A DNA stretch of 64,000 bases from Candidatus Latescibacterota bacterium. Lineage in GTDB: Bacteria > Latescibacterota > UBA2968 > GCA-2709665. The stretch spans positions 32,001 to 96,000 of the forward strand of contig CAXXXF010000013.1 of the NCBI GenBank assembly GCA_963667175.2. The letters are read 5' to 3'. The notes below the pieces were generated by a model. The model did no database searches. It was not told the DNA's origin and saw only the letters and a list, made by a program, of their open reading frames with translations. Both the position numbers and the translations under genes were made by a program. Within the stretch, counting starts at the first letter, position 1. Each line of letters opens with the position of its first letter. Positions 9,910 to 23,219 of the stretch are shown here, in pieces.

Positions 9910-11925
9910 TTACTCCCAGCGCAGCTCAACCGCCAGATAGTCCTGGTCGCCCGGCATGTTGACCGGCAACCGGACGACCTGTCCGTCGACCGTCGCGGAG
10001 GCCATCAGGTCCTCGCACGAAAAAATATCCACAAGCGTCGTGGCAGCGGCGCCTCCCGGCGCCCGCATCACCAGATTGGTCTCGTATGCCAGACCGAGAT
10101 AGTTGAAAATCAGACAGACGAGACACCCGTCTCCCAGCATCGGAAACATCTCCATCGTGGGTACGTCCCGCCGGTCCCATGGGCGAAGGTCTCCATAGTC
10201 GTTCCTGGGAGGATAGGGCCACAGCCTGGCCGCCGGCGCGTCCGCGGACAACCAGGACAGCGCGTTCCGCAACAGCGTCATCCCGCCCGTGGGCGTTCGT
10301 ACGGCTCCGTGATCGCCGGGTTCCACGTAGTTGAACAGGGGCGTTCCGGCCAGCCAGACCTCCCGACCGTCCGGGGACTCGCGCGCGATGAGCGCCGGAC
10401 GACCGTCAATTTCGGCAATCGTTTCTCCTTCCAGACCCGATTCCAGAAATCCCGATCCCAGCATGATGGGCGCATCGATGCCCTCCAGCAGCGGGTGTTC
10501 GGAGACGACCGGCTTCAACTCCGAAAGCCCCGCCTCGGCGCCGGACGGCGGCGGAAAGGCGCCTTCGCCGGGCCAGTTCCCGAGCGGCGTTCGCCCCACC
10601 CGGAGCAGGCCGTTGCCGCCCTTCGCGTGCGCGTCCAGCACGGCGCGCTGTTCCCGCGTCAGACAATGGGTCTCCGGCAGAATCACGGGGCCGCTCAGCG
10701 CCTCTTCCGCGTCCGAAAGCCGCCCGTCGAAGACCCATCGCCAGGGCAGCCCCACCTGATTCATCACGTCCGGCCATACGGCCAGGGTATCGCGGCCCCA
10801 GCGCCGGTCGGGATACCCGTAGATTTCCGTCTGAGAGGGCTTGATCAGCGTGGCGGCGCTGTAGGGCCGGGTCTTCTCGAAGTACGGAATCAGCCGCTTT
10901 GCCTCTTGCAGCCCTTCGTAGTAGCCCGGGATGATCTGACACAGTTCGAACGTATAGGGCGAGATATTCTCCGCGCCCAGCGCGAACGGAACGGACCCGG
11001 CCATGAATCCGTCCCGGCGCGTCAACTCCAGGCTCCCCGACGGCGGCATGAATCCCTGGGGATAGATGAACAGGGAACGTCCGACGGTCGCTCCGGCCAG
11101 CGCGCGCGTCGCCTCCGCCTGAATGCGGCGCATGGGACGATAGGTAAAGTGGGAGTAGTGGATGTGGTGGTACGGGTCGGTACACAGGACGTCCATGGCC
11201 TCCGCGTCGCGGGACAGATCGATCCCGGACAGCCAGGGGTTGTCGTTGAACGTCACGACCTTCGGCGAATGCTGGATGCCCACCACGACGTCGGGCCGCG
11301 CCTCCTTGATTTCCGCGCGAAAACAGGCGTGTACCCCGGTCCAGGCGTCCATGCGATGCCGCACCCACCGCCACCATGCCGGGGACGCCCAGTCGACCTC
11401 CCGGGGCGGTGGTTCGCCGGTATCGCGTTCGTATTCCGCGACACAGTGTTTGCAATAGCAGCCCACGTCTCCGTTTGAGAACCCGATCTCGGCCTCGTCG
11501 TTGAGATGGATTTCCCGAACCGACGGCAGCCGGATCACCCTGTGAATCATGTCCATGTATTCCGCCTTGTTCTCAGGCTGGAACGGACAGAGCCAACGGG
11601 TTCTCACGATGTTGTCGCTGTCCAGGGCCGTGCCGCTTCCCCCGACGCACACCAGGCTGCGTTCCGGATGAGTCCGCAGAAACGTCTCGCGATACTTCAT
11701 GTATCCTGTAAACACGATGACGCCCAGATCGAATTCCTCGCACCACTCAGCCAGCCGGCACACCTTCTCCCACGTGTACCCCTGTCCGGTCATTTTGTCG
11801 TCGTCGGGTTTCAGTCCCAGTCCGACGTCGCTAAACCCTTCCTCGCTGACCCACTTGACGTAGTCCCGGGAATAACTTGCGCTCTCGAAGTGCAGCATCG
11901 CCGTCCGTCGAATGGTCCTTTTCAT
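9910..11925 (-). CDS. Putative glycoside hydrolase (TIM barrel plus beta-galactosidase trimerisation-like domain)
   Basis: 671 aa. LCPFQP, HLNDE, GCYCKHC, DVLCTDPY and VILPETHCL resemble GH42-like architecture; sugar-catabolism context. Confidence 0.5.
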   Translation of the reverse strand: MKRTIRRTAMLHFESASYSRDYVKWVSEEGFSDVGLGLKPDDDKMTGQGYTWEKVCRLAEWCEEFDLGVIVFTGYMKYRETFLRTHPERSLVCVGGSGTALDSDNIVRTRWLCPFQPENKAEYMDMIHRVIRLPSVREIHLNDEAEIGFSNGDVGCYCKHCVAEYERDTGEPPPREVDWASPAWWRWVRHRMDAWTGVHACFRAEIKEARPDVVVGIQHSPKVVTFNDNPWLSGIDLSRDAEAMDVLCTDPYHHIHYSHFTYRPMRRIQAEATRALAGATVGRSLFIYPQGFMPPSGSLELTRRDGFMAGSVPFALGAENISPYTFELCQIIPGYYEGLQEAKRLIPYFEKTRPYSAATLIKPSQTEIYGYPDRRWGRDTLAVWPDVMNQVGLPWRWVFDGRLSDAEEALSGPVILPETHCLTREQRAVLDAHAKGGNGLLRVGRTPLGNWPGEGAFPPPSGAEAGLSELKPVVSEHPLLEGIDAPIMLGSGFLESGLEGETIAEIDGRPALIARESPDGREVWLAGTPLFNYVEPGDHGAVRTPTGGMTLLRNALSWLSADAPAARLWPYPPRNDYGDLRPWDRRDVPTMEMFPMLGDGCLVCLIFNYLGLAYETNLVMRAPGGAAATTLVDIFSCEDLMASATVDGQVVRLPVNMPGDQDYLAVELRWE

Positions 11926-11940
11926 CCTTACCCTTTCCGA

Positions 11941-12909
11941 TTAATAAAGGGTTGTCTTCTCAACCCGGACGGGTATGGCGCTGGTCCAGGCCCGGCGCCC
12001 GGTTGCGTCCTCCACGCACGCGAATACCCAGTCCCGCATGCGGTAACCTTCCACCGTCAGGTCGACCTCGAACCGTTTCAGAGGCGCCGCCGACTGTACG
12101 CTGCGGACCCCGAACCCCTTCGACCGCACGTGACACGCCGTGCAGGGGCTGCATTCCACGACGACCGCGCCCCGTGTTTCGATGCGGAAATCGCGAATTT
12201 CAGGCCCCTCGCTGGCGTACGTCCGGTGCGCGCGAATCCCCTCAAGAATTCCCTCGACTCCCGGTCGCCGTACGAGCACCCCGGTCCAGGTCCGCCCCGT
12301 CACGTCCGCGTCCTCCAGCACGATCGCATCGTCAACGCCGATCGCGGCCAGGCGGACCCCTGCGTTGAAGAGCATCTGCCAGAGTTCCTCCGAACGCTCC
12401 TTGCCGTTGATCTGCCACGTCAGCCTGTTGCTCACCTCGAACCCGACGATCCCGGACTTCGCCAGGGCATACGCTTTCTCCCAGGGATAGTCACTCCATG
12501 CGGGATGCGCCAGCACCGCCAGTCCGCCCAGAGCCTCGGTGTCCCGAACCAGGCGGGAGACGTCTTCCAGCGTGCCGTCAAGCGGCCGGGGCAGATGCCG
12601 GAGGCCCAGGCAGATAATGTGGGTCAGATCGTCCCCGTCAGGGCAGAACATCTCCGCCCCGGGCACGGGCGTGAAAGCGCGCGACGACTCCGGCATCGGC
12701 GTGATGCTGAGATAGTCCGTTGTCGCAAGAAAATCGAACCCCAGGTTCCTGTAGTGCTCGCAGACTTCGCGGGACTCTCCCATCTGCGCCACGTGGGAAT
12801 GCAGGCCGCCCCGAAGCCAGCGACCCCCGCCTTCGAACGGGTTGTCGACCTCTATCCTCAGCCGGATGGGTCCCCGCTTGTCCCGTCCTTCGATCTCGAA
12901 CGTCTTCAT
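11941..12909 (-). CDS. PHP-domain (CehA/McbA-like) metallohydrolase
   Basis: GGLHSH, FLATTDY, GAE, LAHP, GVDDA, YASEGP. Confidence 0.75.
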   Translation of the reverse strand: MKTFEIEGRDKRGPIRLRIEVDNPFEGGGRWLRGGLHSHVAQMGESREVCEHYRNLGFDFLATTDYLSITPMPESSRAFTPVPGAEMFCPDGDDLTHIICLGLRHLPRPLDGTLEDVSRLVRDTEALGGLAVLAHPAWSDYPWEKAYALAKSGIVGFEVSNRLTWQINGKERSEELWQMLFNAGVRLAAIGVDDAIVLEDADVTGRTWTGVLVRRPGVEGILEGIRAHRTYASEGPEIRDFRIETRGAVVVECSPCTACHVRSKGFGVRSVQSAAPLKRFEVDLTVEGYRMRDWVFACVEDATGRRAWTSAIPVRVEKTTLY

Positions 12910-12928
12910 CTCCCGCTCCGTCCGCCGG

Positions 12929-13978
12929 TCAAGTTGAGAATTCCGTCCGCAGCGGCGCCTTCCTCTCGGCCCTGTCGTACCATCCCCGGGGCGCGTAATC
13001 GTCCATGTGGAGATAGCACCTGATATTGACCTCCGAAGCCCCGTCCGAGAACGTGAAGAGCCGGCTCATCGATATGTTCTTCTTTCCGTGATATCGCGAA
13101 ATCGCCGCCACGTTGACGAAGGTCACCCCCCATTTCCGCTCCACGTGGGACCGCCCGCCATACGTGTCGTCCGGATTCGTGTGGGTATGCCCGCCCAGCC
13201 AGAGGTCGATGGCGCCCGGATGCGCTTCAAGATAGGACTCGAATGCCCCGGCATCCGGCTTCCCGCCGACGAAATAGAGATACGACGCGCCAACGGGGGC
13301 GCCCGCTTCGAACCGGCCGTGATATCCTCCGTCCACGCCCTCCCATGGTCCGGACGCCACCGTCGTGTCCCGCAGCATGTGGTGGTGCGCCGTTACGATG
13401 ATCCTGTCCTGGTTCGCCTCTACCTTTTCTTTCCACCACTCGAACGTCTCCCGCGTCACCGCGCCGGCCGGAAACCCGCCTCTGGCGGCCCGACCCACCG
13501 GGGGTCCGCCGTCGTTCCGGTCTCCCATCGCGAGAAACAGGATATTCCCGACCTGAAACGAATACCGCTCCCAGGTCCCCTCGATCGGATACGGCCGCCT
13601 GCCGGCGTGGACGTTGGAATACGCGGTGTTCTCGCCTGTGGGGTCCACCCATTTCCGAAACCACCACTGGCAGGGCTCGTCCGGGCCGCTGGCGTCGTGG
13701 TTGCCCACGATATTGTAGAAATCCTCCCGGGGATGACGGGTCGACGCGCTGTACTGCCGGACGACCTCTTTTCCTTCCTCGTCGTCCGGCGGCGTCTGCG
13801 AACCGGACAGGTCCCCGATATCGAGCATAATGTCCCACTCGAACGGCGGTCCGCCTTCCGAACCGCCGTTTTCGGCCTGGAGAATGGCCTCGGCCAGGCT
13901 GCGCCGATTCGCCGCCGCCAGGTCCGTGCCCACGTGCGCGTCGCCTCCCGCCCACAGTTTGAACGTTCGCGCACTCAC
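12929..13978 (-). CDS. Calcineurin-like metallophosphoesterase
   Basis: GDAHVG, GDL, GNHD, HHM and GHTH motifs. Confidence 0.8.
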   Translation of the reverse strand: MSARTFKLWAGGDAHVGTDLAAANRRSLAEAILQAENGGSEGGPPFEWDIMLDIGDLSGSQTPPDDEEGKEVVRQYSASTRHPREDFYNIVGNHDASGPDEPCQWWFRKWVDPTGENTAYSNVHAGRRPYPIEGTWERYSFQVGNILFLAMGDRNDGGPPVGRAARGGFPAGAVTRETFEWWKEKVEANQDRIIVTAHHHMLRDTTVASGPWEGVDGGYHGRFEAGAPVGASYLYFVGGKPDAGAFESYLEAHPGAIDLWLGGHTHTNPDDTYGGRSHVERKWGVTFVNVAAISRYHGKKNISMSRLFTFSDGASEVNIRCYLHMDDYAPRGWYDRAERKAPLRTEFST

Positions 13979-13985
13979 GCCATCC

Positions 13986-15401
13986 TCACTTCGCGGTATA
14001 GTTTGAGATCAGGGGGCAGCGGTCCCCGTGCATGGCGAGCATTGCCAGCCTCGCCAGCCCGTGCAGCAGGTCTCCCGGGACCATCTGGGACTCGTACCAG
14101 TCGATACCCGCCGCGCCCCGTACGAGATCCCGATCCATATAGATGGAAACCAGCTTCCGGGCCAGTTCAAACCCCTGTTCCAGCCAGAGGGAATCGCCAG
14201 TCAAATCGTAGAGGTCCGCCAGCAACTCCACCGCCTGTCCGCCATCCATCGACGGGATCGGCACGCCTTCGGGGAAGGGGGTCTTCAGGTGCCAGCGTCC
14301 GGCAAGTTCCGCCCACTTCAGCAGCCGTTCGTCCTCCGTCAGCCTGTAGATGCACAGGGCGATCAGCGCCACGTAAGCAAACGGCCAATTTCCGTATACG
14401 CTTCCCCAGACGGGGTTCGTGCTCACGACCTCATTCGTCTCACGCCGGCAGGCGGCCACGAAGACGCCCGCGTCCGGATCATGTGGGGCGGACAGAAAGC
14501 CTTCGATATACACGCCGGCGCGCTTCCGCATCCGATCGGTCAGATCGGGGGCGCTTCCGTCGAGCAGTTCGGCGGCTTCCAACAGGCTGGCCGCAAGGGA
14601 GACCGTCTGCGGCGGGGTGTTCGCGTTGTGCATCGGCGCCGGCGCTTGAGGTCCCCTCGACGTGGACAGCAGCAGACCGGCGGCGTCCCGGCGAGGCCAC
14701 CAGTAGTCCAGCATGATCTCGATCTGCCTCAGGAAGTCCGCGCGCGACGACTTCACGAAGGCAAACGACCAATCCAGAATGTAGAACCCGCCGTGCCGCG
14801 GAAAATCCGAAGACGCCGGCCCGCGTTCGAGGCGCTCTTTGCGCTCGATATGGGCGTGACGGATGTATTCCCTCGGCGCCCCGTCCTTGTAGTGGTAGTC
14901 CAGTCCTTCGGCAAACCGCTCGACGCACCCGGGATTGAATCCATACAGCTTTTCCCACAGCCAGACCGGCGCCTGCCGCAGATGGTCGTGCAGCGTGGTC
15001 CCCGGTGCCTTCTCCGGAAGCGCCAGCCGATGGCTGTCGCCCACCCGGTCCTCTTGAAGGTGCCAGTACGCGTGCTCGCCCCACGGGAACAGGCCGGTAA
15101 CCGTGTCCGTGCAATGGGTCGCAAACCGGCGCAGGTATCGGTCAGCCGCGTCCCGGTACCCGTCGCGGTCCAGGGCGTACATGATCTTGAGCACGTGCTG
15201 GTCGTGCATGAGATTGCTGCCGAGGAAGGCGCGGTCGCCCATGCGCTGTCCGTGAATCGGCGGCGGCAGTTCCGTCAACATCCGGTGCGTTTCCAGATCC
15301 AGCATGGATGGAAACAGACCGCTGTAGGGCTTTCCCGCCTCAATCAGCACGTCGATCGAATCGCAGACCTTGTTCAGAACGGCTTCAGGCGTCATGGTCA
15401 C
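13986..15401 (-). CDS. Hypothetical (alpha/alpha)-barrel protein, possibly polysaccharide-lyase-like
   Basis: 471 aa, helical. SNLMHDQ...YRDAADRYL...GLFPWGEH is reminiscent of PL2-like lyases. Confidence 0.45.
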   Translation of the reverse strand: MTMTPEAVLNKVCDSIDVLIEAGKPYSGLFPSMLDLETHRMLTELPPPIHGQRMGDRAFLGSNLMHDQHVLKIMYALDRDGYRDAADRYLRRFATHCTDTVTGLFPWGEHAYWHLQEDRVGDSHRLALPEKAPGTTLHDHLRQAPVWLWEKLYGFNPGCVERFAEGLDYHYKDGAPREYIRHAHIERKERLERGPASSDFPRHGGFYILDWSFAFVKSSRADFLRQIEIMLDYWWPRRDAAGLLLSTSRGPQAPAPMHNANTPPQTVSLAASLLEAAELLDGSAPDLTDRMRKRAGVYIEGFLSAPHDPDAGVFVAACRRETNEVVSTNPVWGSVYGNWPFAYVALIALCIYRLTEDERLLKWAELAGRWHLKTPFPEGVPIPSMDGGQAVELLADLYDLTGDSLWLEQGFELARKLVSIYMDRDLVRGAAGIDWYESQMVPGDLLHGLARLAMLAMHGDRCPLISNYTAK

Positions 15402-15434
15402 AATAAATCCACAAGACGGAACTCACATGGATTG

Positions 15435-16235
15435 ACCTGCCTGCCTGTCCAGCCGGCGCAGCCAGGCGGGCTGAAGCAGGCGAGGCAGGCAGGACGGACA
15501 GGACGAAAACCAAAAGCGCGGCAAAAACACGAAAGAACGAAATTCAGAAACTACGAAACACGCGAAAAAAACGAAATATCCGTGACTGAACCCCATAAAC
15601 CCTTCATGAAAACATCAAAAGGATCTTACTTGGATCGACAGGATGGGCAGGATAAAGGCGCAGTCGCCGAGAAGACGCACAGTTTTGCAGGCGATCGCGG
15701 TGAACCCGCTTCCCGCAGGCTGTGGGACAAGATGCTTGAAGGCATATCGGTCGCCATGTTCCGATCAAGATAAGGGAAGTATTGCGGTTTGCCAAACCCA
15801 AGTCCACGGTCCTGATTTGGCATCGCGAAGCGGTCGGCCCGGCGGCCTCGTCAGGATGGGAATCTGGCTGGAGAATCCAATGGTAGAGGCAGGTTTCAAA
15901 CCTGCCCGCCGCTGCCTCAATCCGCATTCCGACAGCAGAACGCTGATGCGGGCAGACAAGAATGTCTGCCCGCCTGCCGCCTGCCTGCGCCGCTTCGCTT
16001 CCCGCGGCAGGCAGGCCCCACCTTCAACAGTTGCTTCCTCAGGATGACAATGTTGGAGAGCGGCCGGCCTGTCATTCTGAGCGCAACGAAGAATCTCCCG
16101 TCTTCTGGGTCGTCCTGAACACAGCAACGCGGAAAACACATTGGCGCGGAGACCTGATTGGCATCGCGATGCGGTCAGACAATCGGATGACGGTAGGAAT
16201 CCAGCCACTGGTTTTCACTGACCACTGGCCACTGC
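15435..16235. repeat. Cluster of REP/MITE-like palindromes between the catabolic operon and the CRISPR array
   Basis: cctgcctgcctg...aggcaggcagg (~15435-15492); ggcaggtttcaaacctgcc (~15888-15906); gcgggcagacaagaatgtctgcccgc (15948-15973); gtcattctgagcgcaacgaagaatct (~16072-16097); ggcatcgcga(a/t)gcggtc twice. Confidence 0.6.
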
Positions 16236-16240
16236 TGTTC

Positions 16241-17531
16241 GCTTCAATGAGGCCGCGATCAGATGATCGCGGAAATGCATGCCGATATCATCAATGCGCG
16301 CCGGCGCGCGACCGCTTCAATGAGGCCGCGATCAGATGATCGCGGAAATGCTGCTTGGACTTCCGCACTGCGAGCGAAGACCGTGTCGCTTCAATGAGGC
16401 CGCGATCAGATGATCGCGGAAATTCCGCAGTTGCGGCAACTGTGGTCCGCGGACGCAACCCGCTTCAATGAGGCCGCGATCAGATGATCGCGGAAATATA
16501 GACCGGTATTTAAATAAGGACAAGACATTTAATCGCTTCAATGAGGCCGCGATCAGATGATCGCGGAAATCTGTTACACGCCAGAGCCCCATGTCGGCTC
16601 GCAAATTTTCGCTTCAATGAGGCCGCGATCAGATGATCGCGGAAATCGTACGCTTCGTTACGAGATTCATTCCTCCCCCTCATCGCTTCAATGAGGCCGC
16701 GATCAGATGATCGCGGAAATCCGCAGAGGCCGAGAAGGCAAAGGCTGCTGCAATACGCGCTTCAATGAGGCCGCGATCAGATGATCGCGGAAATCCTTCA
16801 GCTTCTGTGATGCCCTGGCAAGACCCGACTTGCTTCAATGAGGCCGCGATCAGATGATCGCGGAAATGCGGAACACCGCGGACACGCTCCGCCTGAAGGA
16901 GGATAAGCTTCAATGAGGCCGCGATCAGATGATCGCGGAAATGCGGAACACCGCGGACACGCTCCGCCTGAAGGAGGATAAGCTTCAATGAGGCCGCGAT
17001 CAGATGATCGCGGAAATAAAGCATTCCTCACAGCCTTTGTCCGCTTCCCACCATGCTTCAATGAGGCCGCGATCAGATGATCGCGGAAATGTGGTTAGAA
17101 ATCTGGTTCCTGAGATCGCTGAAATGGAGCTTCAATGAGGCCGCGATCAGATGATCGCGGAAATTGCACGGCGGATGCGGAAAAGCTGGCCGTCCAACTG
17201 CTTCAATGAGGCCGCGATCAGATGATCGCGGAAATGTCCGGATATGCGGGGAACGTGACGGGGGATACGTCGTAGCTTCAATGAGGCCGCGATCAGATGA
17301 TCGCGGAAATATGCTCGCAGTGCAAAGATACCGGCTGGTATTGGGTGCTTCAATGAGGCCGCGATCAGATGATCGCGGAAATTGGCGGATTCCATTGTGA
17401 AGCCCAAGGACAATGACGGCGCTTCAATGAGGCCGCGATCAGATGATCGCGGAAATTTTATCGCTGGACAGTCCGATTCCCAACGCTTCAGCCAAGCTTC
17501 AATGAGGCCGCGATCAGATGATCGCGGAAAT
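16241..17531 (-). CRISPR. Type I-G CRISPR array: 18 identical 36-bp repeats (ATTTCCGCGATCATCTGATCGCGGCCTCATTGAAGC on minus strand), 17 spacers of 35-40 bp
   Basis: Counted directly. Repeat has the hairpin CCGCGATCA-TC-TGATCGCGG and a 3' ATTGAAGC end. Adjacent to cas4-cas1. Confidence 0.98.
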
Positions 17532-17713
17532 AGCGTCTACCCTACACAGCTTATTTTCAACAACTTGCCATCGCAATTGCGAGCAGCCGCCTCCATGATG
17601 CGGGTACGCGAATCTTTCATAGACACCTCCCTTATCTAAGTGATTGTAAATATTTCGTTTGTGCAATGCGAGCATCCCCCGGGAAATTTTCATCGCCTCG
17701 CCGTTCGTATTGC
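17532..17713 (-). promoter_or_regulatory. CRISPR leader
   Basis: Relatively AT-rich non-coding segment between the cas1 stop and the first repeat. Confidence 0.75.
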
Positions 17714-19522
17714 TCAGCGCGTCACGAAAACCGGATAACTGCCCAACTCCCCCTGGAGCGTCTTTGCGAGTAGGCGGGCCTGGATTTCGAGGAGTCGTCG
17801 ATAACTGACCCGGTAGTCGAAGAGCGGATGCGTGACCAGTGTATTCATACGGGCCTCATACGCACGGAAGAATCCTTTTCGACCCGCGGGCGTCAGCGAA
17901 ACCGCGTCCCCCGACAATACGAAGTCGCCTTCCGAGACCATCTTCGTATTCACCGCGCTCAGCACGGCCGAGTCCACGATCAGGGGTCGCAACGGTTCCA
18001 TCAGGTCCAGCGCAAGCGCCGGGCGTCCCTGGCGCGGCTGATGATAGAAGCCTACCATCGGGTCGAAGCCGACCGCGTAACAGGCAACGGTCAGATCCTT
18101 TGTCAGGAGGCTGTAACCGAGCGACAAAAGGGCATTGACCGGGTCTCGCGGGGGCCGGCGGTTTCTGGCGCGAAAATCGAAGGTGAACCCGGTCTCGCCG
18201 CCCTGTTCTTCCTCGCGTTTCAACATCCCTCCGAACAATCCGAAATAGATGCGCGCCGCCCAGCCTTCTACTCCCAACAGTTCCTCAAGCGATCCGGCTG
18301 TCTCCGCCTGATCGACAATCCACGACAACTCACGCAACGCCGCCCGGGACGGTTCGACGTGATTGCGGCGCAGCATTGTCCGTTGATTGCGAATCTTGCC
18401 TGCCACGAGTTCGCGGGCAAGACGCAGGCAGTACCCGGGTTGGTCTGAAAGACGGAACTGCGCCTGTCGCAGAAAGACGTTCTTCGTGTTCAGTCCCGAA
18501 GTGACCCCGTAGAACCACCCTCCCTGAGAGAAGTAGCAGATAGGAATCTCCGCGGTACACAGCGCCTGCACGGCCTGCGTCGTCATCTGGACGCTGCCCA
18601 TCAGGCTGACCTGACAGATTTCGTTGATGCGCACGTCCTGAACGACCTTATCGCGCTCTTTGACCCGGAGTACCCCGTTGCTCTTGCCCACGCGAAGTCT
18701 CTGAGAATTCAGATACAGCGGCTTCCTGTCCGTCCGGGGCGCGACCATGCGCCGCACTTCCTCCGGGACGGCATTGGGACTCTTCCCCGCGCCGGGAAAC
18801 AGTTCAAGTTGCCGCGCAACGTCGGTCTCGCCATTGGCCTTGAGTTGCCAGGTCTCATCGGGCATGCAGATGCCGACGAGGGAGCAGCCGGGACATTTCG
18901 GCGAGTCGATGAGCGGAAGCGGCCTCTCGCCGGCCTCGGCCGTGGCCCATGCGTCCGCGATGGCTCGCTCGGCTTCCTCAATCGTCTCTTCGTCGAACGG
19001 AACGCGCACACGCTGGCGCGTCTTGTGGTAGAAGATGACCCCTTCGTCGCAACGATACCCATTCGCGCGCAACACGAGCGCCTGAACGGCGAGTTGAACG
19101 CGGTCGCCCGGCCATGCTTCGACACCGTCCTCGCCGTCCATCGGCCGGCCGCGTTTGTAATCGACGGGCGTTGCCCTTCCCTCCGAGAACTCTGCCAGAT
19201 CGAGCTTGGCGATCACTCGATGGTCATCCGACGACAACGTTATCGAGCGGGCGACAACGGGTTTTTCGCGCGCTTCGTCCGGCGGCGGCGCCGGTTGTGT
19301 TTTCCTGTCGACGCGTTTGTGCTGCGTTTCGCCCTCGGCGGTGTACTCGTTGTGGACGAAGACGCCCTCCACGTGCTCGAAGTAGAACAGCCGCGGGCAA
19401 TACACGTACTGGTTGATCATGCGCGCCGGGAGATAGTCCGGCAACGGACGACCTGTCCGCGAAGGATTCTCGTCGGGCAGGCGGGACGGGGAGTGTCCCT
19501 GAGCGGGGGGAGCGCTCATCAT
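17714..19522 (-). CDS. cas1: Cas4-Cas1 fusion (type I-G adaptation)
   Basis: Cas4: YCPRLFY, AKLDL, PVDYKRG, QLAVQAL, CPGCSLVGIC. Cas1: LGVEG, RNRRPPRDPVNALLSLGY, GFYH, ALDLMEPLRP. Confidence 0.95.
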   Translation of the reverse strand: MMSAPPAQGHSPSRLPDENPSRTGRPLPDYLPARMINQYVYCPRLFYFEHVEGVFVHNEYTAEGETQHKRVDRKTQPAPPPDEAREKPVVARSITLSSDDHRVIAKLDLAEFSEGRATPVDYKRGRPMDGEDGVEAWPGDRVQLAVQALVLRANGYRCDEGVIFYHKTRQRVRVPFDEETIEEAERAIADAWATAEAGERPLPLIDSPKCPGCSLVGICMPDETWQLKANGETDVARQLELFPGAGKSPNAVPEEVRRMVAPRTDRKPLYLNSQRLRVGKSNGVLRVKERDKVVQDVRINEICQVSLMGSVQMTTQAVQALCTAEIPICYFSQGGWFYGVTSGLNTKNVFLRQAQFRLSDQPGYCLRLARELVAGKIRNQRTMLRRNHVEPSRAALRELSWIVDQAETAGSLEELLGVEGWAARIYFGLFGGMLKREEEQGGETGFTFDFRARNRRPPRDPVNALLSLGYSLLTKDLTVACYAVGFDPMVGFYHQPRQGRPALALDLMEPLRPLIVDSAVLSAVNTKMVSEGDFVLSGDAVSLTPAGRKGFFRAYEARMNTLVTHPLFDYRVSYRRLLEIQARLLAKTLQGELGSYPVFVTR

Positions 19523-19536
19523 GACGCTAACCTCCG

Positions 19537-22508
<2,972 letters not shown>

Positions 22509-22624
22509 GGGAGCACCTTGGGGCGCGTCGGGTCCATCGCCGTTTCAATTATCCTATTGAGGCTTCACTGTGCTCTGCCGCAACCAAATATGTGGTAGTG
22601 ACCGCGCGCACATCAAACGGTGTA

Positions 22625-22712
22625 ATCACTCCCCCCTTGAGGGGGAGTCGCAGAAGCCGAGCCGTTGCCCTGAGGTTGTCGAAGGGCCGGCGAAGGCTGA
22701 TGCGGAGGGGGG
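22625..22712 (+). repeat. MITE/REP-like element (ACTCCCCCTTGAGGGGGAGT...GGCTGATGCGG family)
   Basis: Hairpin element with a second copy in reverse orientation at 51418-51514. Confidence 0.6.
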
Positions 22713-23005
22713 ATTTCAACGCCGTACCGTATCCAGGTAACATGAACAATTATACGTGCATTTTGCGCCGCAGTCTTACTGTAAGATTCTATATCGTATT
22801 AATATAGGTGCCGTTTACAGCTTTCAAAGCAATGGATTCAATGAACCCAGAGCATCGAATCGGTCTTCCGTGGCGTGGTCAAAGCCCTTTGGGTTCCACG
22901 GCCGTCGTATCGAAGCATGAAAGCTCCTATAACGCGCCACTGAACTCCTATACGAGCCCTGGCTGTATAGTGTCGTGTTCTATTTCACTCAAATACGTTC
23001 CCCTT

Positions 23006-23167
23006 TCAGCAAGCAAGATGGCCAAGAAACTCCATAAATCCCTCGATGGCTTTCTGTTGTCTGTAATCCTCGATCAGACGCCAAATCCAATACACGATCA
23101 GCCCGGCGGTTCCCACCCCTAACGAGACCGCAAACGATCGACACAGCCAGACCTTGAATTCCGCCAT
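23006..23167 (-). CDS. 53-aa single-transmembrane protein
   Basis: MAEFKVWLCRSFAVSLGVGTAGLIVYWIWRLIEDYRQQKAIEGFMEFLGHLAC with a GGGGG SD-like sequence. Below the ORF-track length cutoff. Confidence 0.45.
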   Translation of the reverse strand: MAEFKVWLCRSFAVSLGVGTAGLIVYWIWRLIEDYRQQKAIEGFMEFLGHLAC

Positions 23168-23219
23168 CTGTCGCCCCCATTTTCATAAGTATATATATTT
23201 ATTATTGTCATAAGTATAC

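Noticed and set aside
16277-17495. Self-targeting spacers
   Set aside because: No match noticed within the window by eye; needs BLASTN against the genome.
16332-17639. ORFs with FRDHLIAASLK / ASMRPRSDDRGN repeats
   Set aside because: Translations of the CRISPR repeats.
22989-23186. 65-aa ORF MKMGATDGG...
   Set aside because: The overlapping 53-aa frame (23006-23167) has a better SD and a clear TM helix.
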